Origin: Blastocystis sp. Blastoise
Lineage: Eukaryota; Protista; Bigyra: Opalinata
NCBI GenBank assembly: GCA_039096225.1
Contig: JBBPEB010000014.1
Location: forward strand, 2,232,001-2,296,000
Direction of reading: 5' to 3'
Length of the DNA: 64,000 nt
The notes beneath the pieces are model-generated. The model was not told the DNA's origin and ran no database searches. It saw nothing but the letters and a program-made list of their open reading frames with translations. Positions 1 through 18,920 of the stretch are shown here, one piece after another (the first letter of the stretch is position 1; each line of letters begins with the position of its first letter). Made by a program: the position numbers and the translations under genes.

Positions 1-583
1 TTATAAGATCTTTATCATTTTTCTATATACCTATATATATATATTAATAATTATACATCAATTTAGTTAACTATAATAATAATTATTATTATAGTACTTT
101 TTTTCTATTCTATCTATATATTTATTTTTATAACATTTTCTACTTTTTATATATATTTGTTTATATTATGTTTTTTATTGTTTATTTGTTTTTTAATTAT
201 AATCATAATTTTAAATAATAATCATTATTTAAAATTACATATATATTATATATTATATTATATATATATATAATTCTTTATTCTATATACAATAAATCAC
301 TTCCTTGTACAATAAAATGTTATATATATTCTTCTTCTTATTTCCTCTGATATATCCAATTGATATACAAAGAATAGTACTGTATTTCTTTATTTGTTCT
401 TCTACTATTTTATTATTATATACACTTTTGTTTTGTTGTATATAGATTGTTAAAACATTTTTTATAATTTTTTTTTGATAGGATAAATTATCATGATTAT
501 ATATGTAAGTCACAAAATGTAAACAAATAAATAATAACAAACCACTATTAATGATTCTGTTTCTTTTTTATTTTTATATTTTC

Positions 584-1034
584 TCATCGATTTTTATGAT
601 GTTTTTTATGTAATAAATTCCCTTGGGAAACAGGCCGATTATTTAAAAGTGGTGAATCATACGTATAGGGTGACTATAAATGAATAATAATATAAATAGA
701 AAAAAAACGTAAGAAAAAAAATATATTGTTTTAAATAAGAAAAAATTTTAAAAAAATCATTATATATATATATAAATATATATACCATTGTATACAGAAC
801 AAAATCTCTAAGGTTTTTCAAGTTATTTTTCGAAAGAAGTTCGTCATCATCGTCATCATATTCATCAAACGCGTCAGAATTTGTGTTTTCATCATCATCA
901 TCATCACTTGTATTTGAAAGAGGAGTTATTGAAGGAGTTATAATACCAGTAGTCGTGTTTATATTATTATTTTCATCAATAATTATACTTGTATCTTCTT
1001 CACCAACTGTAAGTAGAGAAGAATTTAAAGATAT

Positions 1035-1124
<90 letters not shown>

Positions 1125-1598
1125 AACAATAGAAGAAGATAGAGAGATTGTTTCTGGTTCAGTAATATTTATTTGTTCATCATATATATCTATTATAGTT
1201 GGGTATTTCTCTGAAATACTTATATCTGAATGAATTGTGTTTTGAATACTAGAGCAACTAGATTGTGTTCCAGGGGATAAGGAGGGAGAAACTGAGGATT
1301 GTGGTGGGGAAGAACCCAAAGAAATTGAGGGAAGAGTAGATGAAGAATTCCCACGGTTATCATTCGAAATAATAGGATGGCCTTCATCCATTGATAAGGG
1401 AATAGACACCGAAACTGGCTCTATCTGACTATTATTATTATTATTATTATTAATACTACTATCTGTGTCAGATATATTTGAAGGTATTCTGTGATGAAGT
1501 ACAAAATGATTTTGTTCTATATACATATCTATAGACGCGTCATTACTCTTTAAAATTGGAGATAAAGAGAGAATGACGGACGGAGAGTTTAATACTGA

Positions 1599-1661
<63 letters not shown>

Positions 1662-2366
1662 CTTATTATTATCAGCAGAAGATGAAGGTACATATAAGAA
1701 TGATGCGTCACTAAGAAGGGAAATATCCTGTTGAGATTCGTTAAATGGTGTTATAAATTCATTTGAAATAGTATTTCCTTCTTCATTTCCTATATTGCTA
1801 TTATTGGATAAATGCTTCTGTTCGTACAGATTCTCTTCAATTTGATTGGATAACGACATAACTTGTTGACCTTGATGTGTAAATATATTTTGATTTTTAT
1901 TTATATCTTTCATATTATTATGCTTATCTTTCTCTTTTTTATTTGTTTTCTTTTTATGCATATTCTTATTATTCTTATTATTCTTATTATTCTTATTATT
2001 CTTATTTTTCACTCGTTTCTCTACTTCTTTCCATTGTTTCGTCGATATATCAATATCTTTTCGAATAATATTTCCTTTCAATATCCACGGGGATAACAAA
2101 GCCTATATACACGTATTATATATATAATTGCTATTATTTATTATTATATTACTATTATATAAATCATAATATATATATATATATATATACTTCTTGTGCA
2201 GACATTCTTTCTTTAGGATTTACTCGTAACAATCCCTTCACGAAATCAATACATTCCCCGCTAATACCACCCCACCAATACCGAGAAAACTCTAATTCCC
2301 CCGTGGTTATTTTATCAAATAATATTTTCTATATATATAAATATATAAAAAAAATATCATAAAAAG

Positions 2367-2400
<34 letters not shown>

Positions 2401-2457
2401 TGGATTTTCATGGAAAAATGGAGGGTATCCACATAATAATATATATGTAATTACTCC

Positions 2458-2489
<32 letters not shown>

Positions 2490-2504
2490 ATACAAGAATA
2501 CTAA

Positions 2505-2581
<77 letters not shown>

Positions 2582-2787
2582 AAAGTATATTAAAACATAT
2601 ATTTACATATATATATATATATACCTAAAGACCAAAGATCGACTTTATTTGTATATGCTTTATGCAGAATAATTTCTGGGGCGATATACGTCGGTGTTCC
2701 ACAATTTGTATAACACAAAGAAGACTTTAAAAGTAAGGGAAAATATAAATAAGAATTATAGGAAAAGAATAACAAGAAAAAGAATAG

Positions 2788-2832
<45 letters not shown>

Positions 2833-3027
2833 TGAGCCAATATATTTGGCGAGTCCGAAATCATTTATTTTTATATTAAATTCAGTTGGTGAATTTATTA
2901 ATATGTATATATATTAAGGTATTCTATATATATATTAAGGTATTATATATATATATATATATAAAGGATATATTTTCAGGTTTTAAATCACGATGTATAA
3001 TTCCTTGTTTATGACAATATAATATAG

Positions 3028-3078
<51 letters not shown>

Positions 3079-3325
3079 AGAAATATATATAATAAATAAT
3101 ATATATATATACTTTTAATAATATAGTAACAACATCTCTAGCATCATCTTCATCAAATTTCTATATATATATATTTATATATATATAAAACAACATATAT
3201 ATATATATACCTTTCTATTAATAATTTGTTTGAATAATTCTCCTCCGTACATTAATTCACTAACGATAAAGATCTTTTTGTTCTCCGTAAAATATCCATA
3301 ACATTTCACAATATTTGGATGATCT

Positions 3326-3404
<79 letters not shown>

Positions 3405-3959
3405 CAAAATATATATATAAATAATATACATCTTTCATAATTCGAACTTCTTTTAGAAATAACCATCGATCATAGGTTGATAATTCTTTTAAATTAATCA
3501 CTTTCACTGCATATTCTTTATTAGTTTTAATTTTTCGAGCAAGAAAAACTGTTGAGAAACCACCTTTTCCAATTTGTTTCAAACATTGATATTGTGCCTT
3601 AAATGATCCTTCCTCACTATAAATATTTACAAGTAAAATAAATAAAAATAAAAGAAGAAAAACCAGAATAATTAGATAATCATATATAAAACTGGCAAAA
3701 ACAGCATGAAAATAAGATAAGAATATATTTGTATAATATTTAAATACGGCCTAGCTATTGGAATTCGTCGATCACTCATTGATGAGCACGAATAGCACCG
3801 TCTTCTAAGCTGTTTGATCTTCTTATTTGTCATTGAATCTATGTTTTTCTTGTTTTCATTTGTTTTATATATTTGAAGAGAGCTTTCGTCTATAGAATTT
3901 CGTCTCAACTGCGGCTTCTTCTGTTTTTCTTTATTATCCATCGATTGCTGTTGACCCAT
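584..3959 (-). CDS. CAMK-group Ser/Thr protein kinase with long Asn/Ser-rich C-terminal tail (multi-exon)
   Basis: Spliced exons give [33 protein letters not shown]|[31 protein letters not shown]-terminus MGQQQS resembles a myristoylation site. Last exon 673-584 ends in TGA. Confidence 0.93.
2905..2971 (-). other. U12-type (minor) AT-AC intron in the kinase gene
   Basis: 5' end ATATCCTTT, branch-like TACCTTAAT, 3' end AC; removal joins KPEN to [17 protein letters not shown] in frame. Confidence 0.9.
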
Positions 3960-4439
3960 CTTGTTATCTCACTTAATCAAGAGCCAACTTAGCAAAGAAT
4001 AATAACTATATTGAATAAAATAGTCGTAAAATGCTAAAAAGAGAATACAAAAGGAGAAGTTCAATAAAATCGCAAATAAAAAGAATCACTTTTTAAAATA
4101 GATTCTTTTTTCAGTCCGAATTCTATTTGAATCCAGTTTTTCTTTAGAATTATTATTCATTATTCCAGCTCATTTTGTGTTTATTTGTGTTTATGAATAA
4201 TGTGTAAACACATATTAGATTATAGGGTTGTGTTTTCACTGAAAATAAAAAGATATAAAAGATAATTAAGGATGAAGTCGAAATCTAACTGAAAAATAAT
4301 TCTTTATTTTTAAATGTCTAAATATAGACTTGACGAATATCAAGAAAGATGAATTTAATATAAAAAGAAAGAATAATGATAAATAAATGAATTGAATAAT
4401 TTCATAAATAATATTCATGTAATTTCCCACTTTAGATAA

Positions 4440-8506
<4,067 letters not shown>

Positions 8507-9551
8507 TGTAATAAAACAATAAATATAAATAAATGATTATCGTTATTAATGAAAAAGACAGTGTCATTCTGAGAATTTCCATGGGAAAATAGTTTCCATA
8601 AACACAGTTTCTCTATTAAATACAATTTAAGACTCTAACTGAAAACAATAGAAACAAGTTGAATTCTTCAAAGAAAGACTTTTGATAATAATGTAGACTA
8701 TGAATTAAGAATGTGTATATCGTTTATATTTAATGTTTAATGAATAAAAAATGGAGAATAAAACAAAAATTATTGTTCAGTTAGGAGAATTTTGCATCTA
8801 GAATTTTATAAAATGTAGGTTTCACATGTTCTAATGAAAGATTAAGAAATATTAATGAAGATTTAGTTCCATTATTTATTCGTTTGCTTTATATGTGGTT
8901 TCATATTTAATATATATTTCCTAAATGTTCTAACAAAGTCAATGAATAGAGCAGATTTATTGAATTAGTAGTTATTTTGTCAATCAATGAGCTACTCTTC
9001 TTTTTTTTATAATATATAACTTATAGTATACATAACTGTTCTTATAATGTTTATTTATATTTTTGAACATTTTCAAAGATCATGATATGATATAACAAAC
9101 TGTGTTTTGTATTATTTATATGAAAAAGCATGTACATGTTTTTATTTTTTTTATTAGAACATAAATATTGGTGATATGAGGATGGTATAAAATAAAATGG
9201 ATTATTTAATAATTACTATATATTTGAGAAATATAAAAGAAAAATAGAAAATGATCAAATAAAATAAAATAAATATTAATTATGATATATATTATGGAAT
9301 AAAACTATACTCTTCTTAGAGAATAGAATTTGTGGATAAATGAATAATAGTAGTTTTTTATTATAATCTTAATAACAAAAAGAATTCTTTTTAAGTATAA
9401 GAATTTATATTTATTTTTGAAAGCAAAAAACATATAAAAAAATACGATAATAACATAAGGAATACCCATATATGACTGTATTACGAATTATAGAAATATG
9501 ATATTAGAAAAATGAATGATAAACATCTTGTAAATAATGTTTTAAATGCGT

Positions 9552-10717
9552 TTAGAAAACAGTATATGAGGATTTATTTTGTTTATAGCTCGATATATAA
9601 GTATATTTATGAGATTGAATTCCCATTAATTGTTCATTTCGCTCTTCTGTATATAATTTACTTACTATATAAAATATTATTTATTTATTGATATCAATTA
9701 CACTACTCAATATATATATATACATATGTTAACAATAGAATTGTTTCTTCTTCTTCCTTTTGGTCGAGTATATTGAAATAAACATTTATTATCTATTTTG
9801 GATACTATATATATAGTAATGGATTATAGAAAAAAATTAAAAATAGAAAATAATGTAGATTCTTTTATTATAATTATTATATATATACAGTCATGTATAC
9901 AGCGTGCGTATAAATCATTTATATCATCTATATATATATATATAGAATAGATATATTAATACTATAAGTATATAAAATGAAATAATGAATTTACTCTTAG
10001 TTTTCTGGATTTGTGTCTTGGATAATTTCTTTTTAATTGGAGAAACTAATTTTGTTCCAGTGTGTTTCTTCTCCATCATTTTAGAATGAATTGTTTTCTT
10101 TTTATTATTTCTTATTGATTGCATAGAATTATTTTGAATAGAAATAGGATTATTAGATATATATTCAGAATTATTGCTCTTTATATATATATTAGGATCT
10201 TCTATATTTTGTTGTTCTATTAGTAAATTATTATTATTATTATTAGTAATAATATTTATAGAATTATTATTATTATTCTTATTACTATCACTAGAATTAT
10301 TATTATATATACTATTCTTCATATTAATATCATTAATATTATTTATATTATTCTTTATATTTATACAATTATCAGTATTACTAATAATATTAGTAATACT
10401 TAACATACTCTCCTGTTTAGTATCACTCATTTCCCCGCGATTATTTAACGATAAAGAGGTATTCTTGGTAATTTGAAGAAAAGAAGAAGACAAAGGAAGA
10501 GATACAGAATGATATGAATCCCCGCGGGAATCTTTGTGTTCAGAGAGACTCTGATCGTGAGTATTTATATCCTCTTTATTTGTGTTTATAGTTATATTCC
10601 CATGGGAATCCTTATCTTCTCGATTCAGAGTATTATCAGTGTCTAAAAAGTTAAACGTATAATAATAAAAGCAGTAATTATAATAAAATTATTACTTGTT
10701 GAAACCAGACTAGGTAA

Positions 10718-10786
<69 letters not shown>

Positions 10787-11272
10787 GAATAGAATTGAAG
10801 ATTTCATTGATATCTCGTGAAATACGTGGAACAAAAGGAGTTGCATTCCCGCGGGGATATTCAACTTTTGATAGGTCTTCTGATTCGTTAGAAACATATA
10901 CTATTTATATATATATTAGAAATCATATATATATATACAAACAGATTCCACTCTTTTTGTATTAAAAGAAACCTATATATATATATATATAGGTTTATAT
11001 ATATACTCGTTTATGTGTATGTTTTTTTGAAAGAGTAGTGATATTTATTTTTTTATGGTTATGTGACTTTTTAGAGTGACATTTTTCTTTATTGCCGTGA
11101 TTCTTCTGTTGATTATAACGAATATATTTTGAAGGAAGAAGAGTTGTAGACGTACCTGCAATTGTATGACAAATGACAGAGTGCGCGTCATTGGTATATC
11201 GTGGAAGAGAAGAAGAACAATGAGACTCTAAAGACATATATATATATATATATATATTATTATTATCTACTA

Positions 11273-11342
<70 letters not shown>

Positions 11343-13100
11343 CGTATATATGTTTTTAGGCACTTTATTGTTGCTTTCATTTCATTCGAGGGTAATGTAT
11401 TTACTATATATATATATATATATAAGATAAATAATCTATATAATTACAAATATGAATAAGTATATTATGTTTATTAATATAAGTAGAGAAAGAGAGAGAC
11501 ACGGCTGGTTCCAGAAACTTGAGAGAAAATACTATTTCTAATGGTACTATATATATATATAGATATAGATATATATAATTCTATTATAATGTTACGAATA
11601 TATAATAGTATAGAAAAAATATATATATATATATATACTATTATAGTGATCACAAGTGGATATATAATGCTCTAAAAGAGAAGGCTGAAAACTACTATCT
11701 ATATATATATATATATATAGATATATATATACCTTCTTCATGTTCTTCTTCTCCCTCTTCATCATCCCCGCGGGAATCTTCAAATAAAGGAGACCATGGA
11801 TATTTAGAGTCTATAATTATATATATAATTATATATAATTATATATATAATTTACTTAATAATTGTTCATTCTTCATTTCTGTATATATATCAGAATGAA
11901 TAACTGGATATGTAACTGGCTCTATATATATAATTATATATATATATATATATTAAATATATATATACCATCATAGTATTCAGATTGTGATATTTCGTAA
12001 TCTATATATATATATATATAACATCTATATATATATATATACAATTATCATCATTAAAACATTCCATTTTCTTAATAAGAACACTATATATTAATATATA
12101 TATATTAATATATATATATATATATATATATAATAGTGATTCATAATTACTTATTAAAATAATAATCAAGTATTCCCGCGGGAATTGGTTTATTTAAACA
12201 AACGGAAATACTTTGAAAATCATATTGAAAATAAAGCATGTAATCTATAGAAATATATAATATATATATATATATATACTAAGAAATTCTAATTCTTCTT
12301 CATTTGTTAGTATATAACCTATATATATATATATATAATAATAATATCGACAACATACTATTATTTATATTTTTATAAGAAATAGTTTTGAATTCTTCAA
12401 ATCGACGATTCATTTCATTTTGCGATGGAATCTGCATAAAAAGAAGAGAAAATACATATATTCAACATATTGATGGCAATTCAATTATATACCTTGATAA
12501 CAATATGATCTTCATTATGATCCAAAGGAAATAAATCTATTTTAATAGCATTAGTTTTTTATATCAAAAAAAAGAATACGTTTTTCAAAACAAGTCAAAC
12601 ATAAATCCATATTTGAACAAGAAATACATTTTATATGCTCATCGTGAATCTTATAAATAGGTTTTTTACAAATATCACAAATATAATCCTAAAAAAATGA
12701 TACCCATCAGACAATTATGAATATACTGGAAGAGACTGATGGTTTTTTAACATTTGATCTTGGTGTAGAAAATAATTGAGAACATGAATCAGAGATAAAA
12801 TAATCGGATCAACAGTATTTTTGAAAAGGAGGGAAATGAATTCTTATAAAACTCATTTAAAACATTTTTTTTTAATTTCTTTGTTACTTTTATAAATGAC
12901 AGATACGTCTGAAGCTATATAAAATACAAAAGGAATCAAAATAATTTTAAATAGAAATTACCACATTCGCTTTTGCAATATAGATAATCTGAAAATTTTT
13001 GTTTTTATTTGATCTCATAATCTCATGATAAAAAATCTATTACTTGAATCAAATAGTATTTTTTATAAGATGAAGCACCAAAGGAACTATAGGTTCTCTT
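9552..13100 (-). CDS. ZZ-type zinc finger plus SANT/Myb-like nuclear protein with Asn-rich region (many exons; ends approximate)
   Basis: Exon near 12688-12580 gives DYICDICKKPIY..IKCISCSNMDLCLTCF, next exon DHNEDH (ZZ finger). Exons near 12317-12151 give LTNEEELEFLNYMLYFQYDFQSISVCLNKPIPAGILDYY (SANT-like). Start codon not resolved. Confidence 0.6.
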
Positions 13101-13549
13101 TTTTTAACATACTCAAGTCTTTTCTGTGACAATACATCCATATATTTGTTACTCTATATACAGATTAAAAAAACAAAAGTGTTTTTTTTGTAACTAACTT
13201 TTATGATATCTCTTCAACTGTTACTTCATGTCAATTAATATCTAGAAAGCAATATCAATCTAATACATTGAAATCAAAGTAATTATGTTAATTATTACCT
13301 AAACTATGGAATACCTTGTGACGACTCGAGTGGTCTATCAATCATTCTACACAATTTAAATCGTCTCAATGATTGAATTACAAACACAGAATAAGAAAAA
13401 CTGTTGAAAAAACTATGTGTTTTACTGGCATTTTTTAGCTAGTGATGAATTGATCTGAGAGTCGGTAAACTTCGAGTATTTTATACAGTATAAGAAAATT
13501 AATCTTATTTATTCCTTTTTTATATAATAAGTGATTCTATACAAAAGAT

Positions 13550-14654
13550 ATGGCAATTTTTCAGTTGTATGTTCATGAAGAGAGACGTCTATAATTATAT
13601 TTGAATAGTAATAAAAACAGCCAAGCTAGAAAAGCTCAGATGGATCGTTTTCAACAATGTAATCCTCAATGTAGCTACGATGAAAAGCAAGGAATATGTC
13701 GTATTGGTGTGAAATATGAAGGAAGTACGATGGGACTAACTATAACCCTAAACAACGATTTCCCTAATAGCGCACCTAGACTTCGTTTTGATAAACAAGT
13801 GAATCATCCATGGTGTGATGTTTCTGGATATAACGTAGTGAATTGTCCTCATTTAAATAGTTGGAATTCTAGCAGTGATCTAGCTACTGTGAGTATGTCT
13901 ACTTTTATTTCTTATGATTTATGTTGATTTTTTTTCAGATTTTATTTGTATAATTTTTCTAAATATTCTCTTAATTGTATTATTTTTATTTCAATTTGAT
14001 TATTATTTAATACGTATATGCTTATAGTTAATACAATATTAGCTGAGATTATTCAATCTAAGCAAAATGTGTACCCTAATCCTTCTATAAATACAAATCC
14101 TTCTAGATATCCTATTCCAAATCCTAGTTATCCAGTAGTAACTCCAACGAATAATCAATTTCAACCAAGTATACCTCAATATTTCGATCCTTCAAGAAAT
14201 CCACCTTATATTCCTGGAATTGTTGGAACACCTCAAATACCCAATCAAAGACCTGGACCAATGATTCCCCCTATGGATACGTCACCTCCCGCGGTTATCT
14301 CTCCAAAACCAGTAGAATCTGATGAACCCATTAATCCAGAAAATTATTCTATTAGTTTAGATGATAATTATGCTGTTCCTGTATATATATATATAATGAT
14401 TTATTTATGTTTTTATTTATTCATTTTGTATATATATATATAGTTTAATGAATGGAATTTAGATGCTATGTCGTATATATTGATTTGTTTATATTTATAT
14501 TTATTATATTTTTATTTATTTTATATATATATTTATTTTATTTATATTTATTATATTTATATTTATTTTATATATATATTTATTTTATTTATATTTATTT
14601 TATTTATATTTATTTATATATAGTTATCTTTATTATATTTATATGTATTCTATT

Positions 14655-14694
<40 letters not shown>

Positions 14695-14839
14695 GAGGAT
14701 TTACAGCGTTTATTGGATTCTCCTGATGCTTGTATATCGATGGTTCATGATTCCAGCACATTTAAGCAAATTTCAGGCGTTATTCGTGATAAAAAACAAG
14801 AAATTCAAACACTTTGTACTGAAAATATTAGTTTACGTG

Positions 14840-14887
<48 letters not shown>

Positions 14888-15261
14888 GTTTTATTATTAT
14901 TATAAATATAATATATTATTATATAATTTGATTTTTTTTTTTTAATTTTTTTAATTTTTTTTATTAATGAATATAATTCTATATATATATATATATATTT
15001 AGATCGTAAATTATCTCAAGTTGTAAATTTAGGAGAAGATATTCATAAATTAGAAGATGCCGTCAAAAAACTTGAAGAATATCTAAATACCAATAAAACT
15101 GTAAACATATTTTATTATATATATATATATATTATTATTATTTCATTCTTTTTTTTAAATCTCTTTTATATTATATTCTATTCTAGTATTTCTTATTATA
15201 TATTATTTTTATTATATTTTTGTTTTACGAAAAACAGTTTATTTCTTGAATACTATTTCCT

Positions 15262-15295
<34 letters not shown>

Positions 15296-15669
15296 TATAA
15301 ATAAGAATGATATGTGTAGAGCTATTCAAGAACAAATAAAAGCATATAAAAACGAAGCAGACGACTTATTTAATATGTTTAAAAATGATGATAGTGATTC
15401 TATTACTATTGCTGTATATAGCTTTATAACTATATTTTATTGATTATTTTTTTTTGTCTTTTTATAATTATTATTCTTTTTTTTTACATATTTTTTTTTT
15501 ATTATCTTTATAATATTTTTATATATTTTTTATTATTATTAGTTTAATAATTACAATTATTATCATCATAATATTTTATTTATAGGATTTTGGTAAGAGA
15601 TTTTTGGAAGTTCAAAAATTATATCAGTCTTTATCTATTCGTTATCAACTTTACAAAGCTCAACAATAA
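13550..15669 (+). CDS. VPS37: ESCRT-I subunit VPS37A-like (UEV-like N-terminus, Pro-rich linker, Mod(r) C-terminus)
   Basis: LTITLNNDFPNSAP..VNHPW..LNSWNSSSDL; Pro-rich exon; coiled coil; C-terminal EADDLFNMF..IADFGKRFLEVQKLYQSLSIR. Confidence 0.75.
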
Positions 15670-16937
15670 TAATATTCAATTTAAACACATTATTTTATCT
15701 ATTCCTTATATATTGTTAGTTATATTTATTCTGTTATGATATAGTCATTGTAATATCTTTATATTCATTTCTATTATTTGTTTTATATATATAATAATTA
15801 AGGAGATTTTTGTATACTTCAAAATATATTTTTAAATATGAAACAACTTTTATATTCATTGCTTTTAGTCACATAAACAGTCTATTATGTAAAATACACT
15901 CACTTAACATTGTTTTTATAATTTTTTTAAATGAAAACAAAAGAATCTAAAAGAATCTCTTAAGTGAATTCATTTCTCTTCTTTATCAAAATAAATACAT
16001 TTTTATATCTCCTCATAATAAATCTATTCATTAACTAGTTTCTTCTCAATGTTTTTCAGATATCTAATAAGAATTCTCGATTATATTCATCTATCTAATG
16101 AATAAATTCTGCTTCATTTCATCATATACATACATATAACTTACACTATTCATATCAATTCTATTAGTATCTTATACGAACTTTATATATATCATAATTA
16201 GAACCTCATATTTTCAAAAAAAAACATCATTCATTATAAAAATATATCTCTTCAAGTAGGAGTTATATTACTGTTAGCATAAGAAGAATGTTCAACTAAT
16301 ATTAATTTCACAAAATTGTATCTATAAGTAAAGTAATTGTTGAGAAAAACAAAGAATGAATACAGAAATCAATCAATCTGTTAAAAGTCAAATGGTATTT
16401 GATGGATGGTGAATAAAGAACCAAGCAAAATACTAAAGGTCCAAAAATCTATAACTTCTGAAAGCAACAGCAAAAAAAATTCTAGAAAAAGAATGGAACT
16501 ATAAAAAATAATTGGATGATTGTATATATGGATTCATTAATTATAAAAATGAATAGCGAATAAAAAGACTGTGAAGAGTCATACAATTTGGTATAATCAG
16601 GAACCAGTAGGGTCCCAAACCCTATAGAAATACGTAAAAATAGGGTCATGAATCGAAGATGACCAGAAGAAGTTGAATAATCACGGTTATGAGTAGAGAA
16701 ATGAAGCGAAAGATGAATTTCGAAATGGATGAATGTGTAGTAATTAGGAGCCATATGATTTATATAGACAAATAATATGGAGTTTCATGATATTGAAACT
16801 ATAAATTTTTGAAGAAGAAGAAAAGAAAAAGGAAACTGGATATTAGAAATGGTTTTGAAGATGAGTTGAAGAGTTTGCTCATAAATTTATTTATCAAACA
16901 ATTTAATTTTAAGCTTTATTTTAAAAGTTATATCATA

Positions 16938-17039
16938 ATGGGTAAGGATCACGCTGCTAAGGAAATGAAAGGCAAGAAGGGTAAGAATGCTCCTAAGACT
17001 GAAGCCCCTGCTACTGAACCTAAGGAAGAAAAGAACTAA
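16938..17039 (+). CDS. 33-aa Lys/Glu/Ala-rich microprotein MGKDHAAKEMKGKKGKNAPKTEAPATEPKEEKN
   Basis: ATG in A-rich context; locally high GC with AAG/GCT/CAC/GGC codons; flanked by non-coding AT-rich DNA. Confidence 0.55.
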   Translation: MGKDHAAKEMKGKKGKNAPKTEAPATEPKEEKN

Positions 17040-17769
17040 AGTAAATGATGTCTCCTCTCTGAACTAGGCTAAATAAACGATTTTTCTATGAGATAACTGC
17101 TAGATTCTTTCTTTGATTTTCTTATTATTTAATAATTGAATCATTGAACCATTTCTCTCTCTTGTTTATATATGTTAATTCGCTATTTGCTATTTTAATT
17201 GAATTGTTTTGTTTGAAAAATTATTGTTAATTGACTATTTTTTTAAATGATTTTTTATGAAAACTGTTGTTTAATGTATTATTATTATAATTTAATATAT
17301 TTATTTGTTGAACATTTGATTAAAATAAATGATTTATTGTCTTGAAAAGAGAGACTATATAGATTCTTCTTAATTCATAGTATTTTTTTGTAAATGAAAT
17401 AGATATATTAATTAGCATATATTGTGTAGTATTTTATTTTATATTAATTATTTATAGTGTGAAATATTTTGTATTTAATATAATAAAACTATATTATTAT
17501 TATATGTAGTACTGATTTTCTATATAAAGAAAATTTAGATAAAGACTTTTGATACAAGAAAATATGGAAAAAAAGAAATATAGAAAAGAATCAATGTATA
17601 TAGAATTTCTGTAGACAAGAAAATATATATATATAATTAAATTCTACCCTATATTTCATAATCATTAAAAGTAAAAATAATTTTGAAGAGATAGAACATT
17701 AGTATTTGTAAATAAAGAGTATATTTGATGAGTATTTATAAATGTAAATGATTTATTTCAAATCTAATT

Positions 17770-18871
17770 ATAAATAGATACATAATATTTATTTGAAATA
17801 GTAAGTACATCTTCATCAAATAGAAGACCCTAAGAAGAATATCTACTTATATATCTACTTGTACCATTATGTAGATATTGAGTAGGAGGAATATTATATT
17901 TATTACTTAATATAAAGAGAAATTCTTTTGAAGAAGGTAATCTATCTAGATATATATATAATAAAGAATAAAATTATAGATATATAATATATATATATAT
18001 ACATTCAATGCTTTGTCAACTTTGATCTATATATCCTCCATATATATTAACATAATTATTATGACCTATATGTTTGATTATAGTTACTGTTTCTCCTTTA
18101 TTATCACAATATCTATGGAATTCTTTTGTAGAATAATTAGGTTCATCTGTTCTATATATAAATAAAATTATAATACTAATAATAATAATAAACATAATAA
18201 ACATAATAATAAACATAATAATAATAAATATATAAATACCATCATATTTAATACTGACTTTATCTTCAAATAGAGTATCATCTTTCTTTACCTTTATTTC
18301 TAGTTGTGAATAATTACTTTTATATATAGCTTCATTAGCTATATATTTATATAATTTAGGTAACTGATTGTTACGTCTTCTCTTATGGATACTTTGAATC
18401 ATATCAAAAGAAAAATATAAATGATTTAGAGTAAAAAAAGAAACCTTAGGATACTCTTCCATTTCTGATTCTGTGTAATAATCATATGATTGAGGATTAT
18501 TCTTTTCAATATCATCATTACAGAATAAACGAATATATTCCATTATATATTCATCACTATTTGGATTTATTAACTGATTAGTTTTCTTATAATATGTTGT
18601 TACTATATATATATATATATTTATTAATAATAATTATACTATATATATACCAGTTATTTTTAATTCTTTTAACAAAGGAAATATATCTTTAATATTAGAA
18701 AAATATATATATTCTAATGGAATAGTAGAGGCATAATCATCTATATATATTATTATTTTTAAAGAAACTATATTTATATATATACATTCAACATTAACTA
18801 CAGTAATATTCATCATTTTAAAAAGAAGAGAATAATATAATAATTTTTCTTTCCATTGAGGGGTAAGTAAT

Positions 18872-18920
<49 letters not shown>

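Noticed and set aside
13300-13480. Possible C/D snoRNA (TGATGA..CTGA) between divergent genes
   Set aside because: The boxes are only a few nt apart, with no terminal stem or guide; more likely promoter sequence.
16300-16870. Purine-rich stretch that may be a decayed gene or retroelement
   Set aside because: Multiple stops and no recognisable motif; cannot be supported without a homology search.
17830-18018. Stop-codon reassignment or readthrough (TGA=Trp, TAG sense)
   Set aside because: TGA and TAA terminate other genes normally, long ORFs have no internal stops, and the same gene has a broken splice acceptor; pseudogene is simpler.
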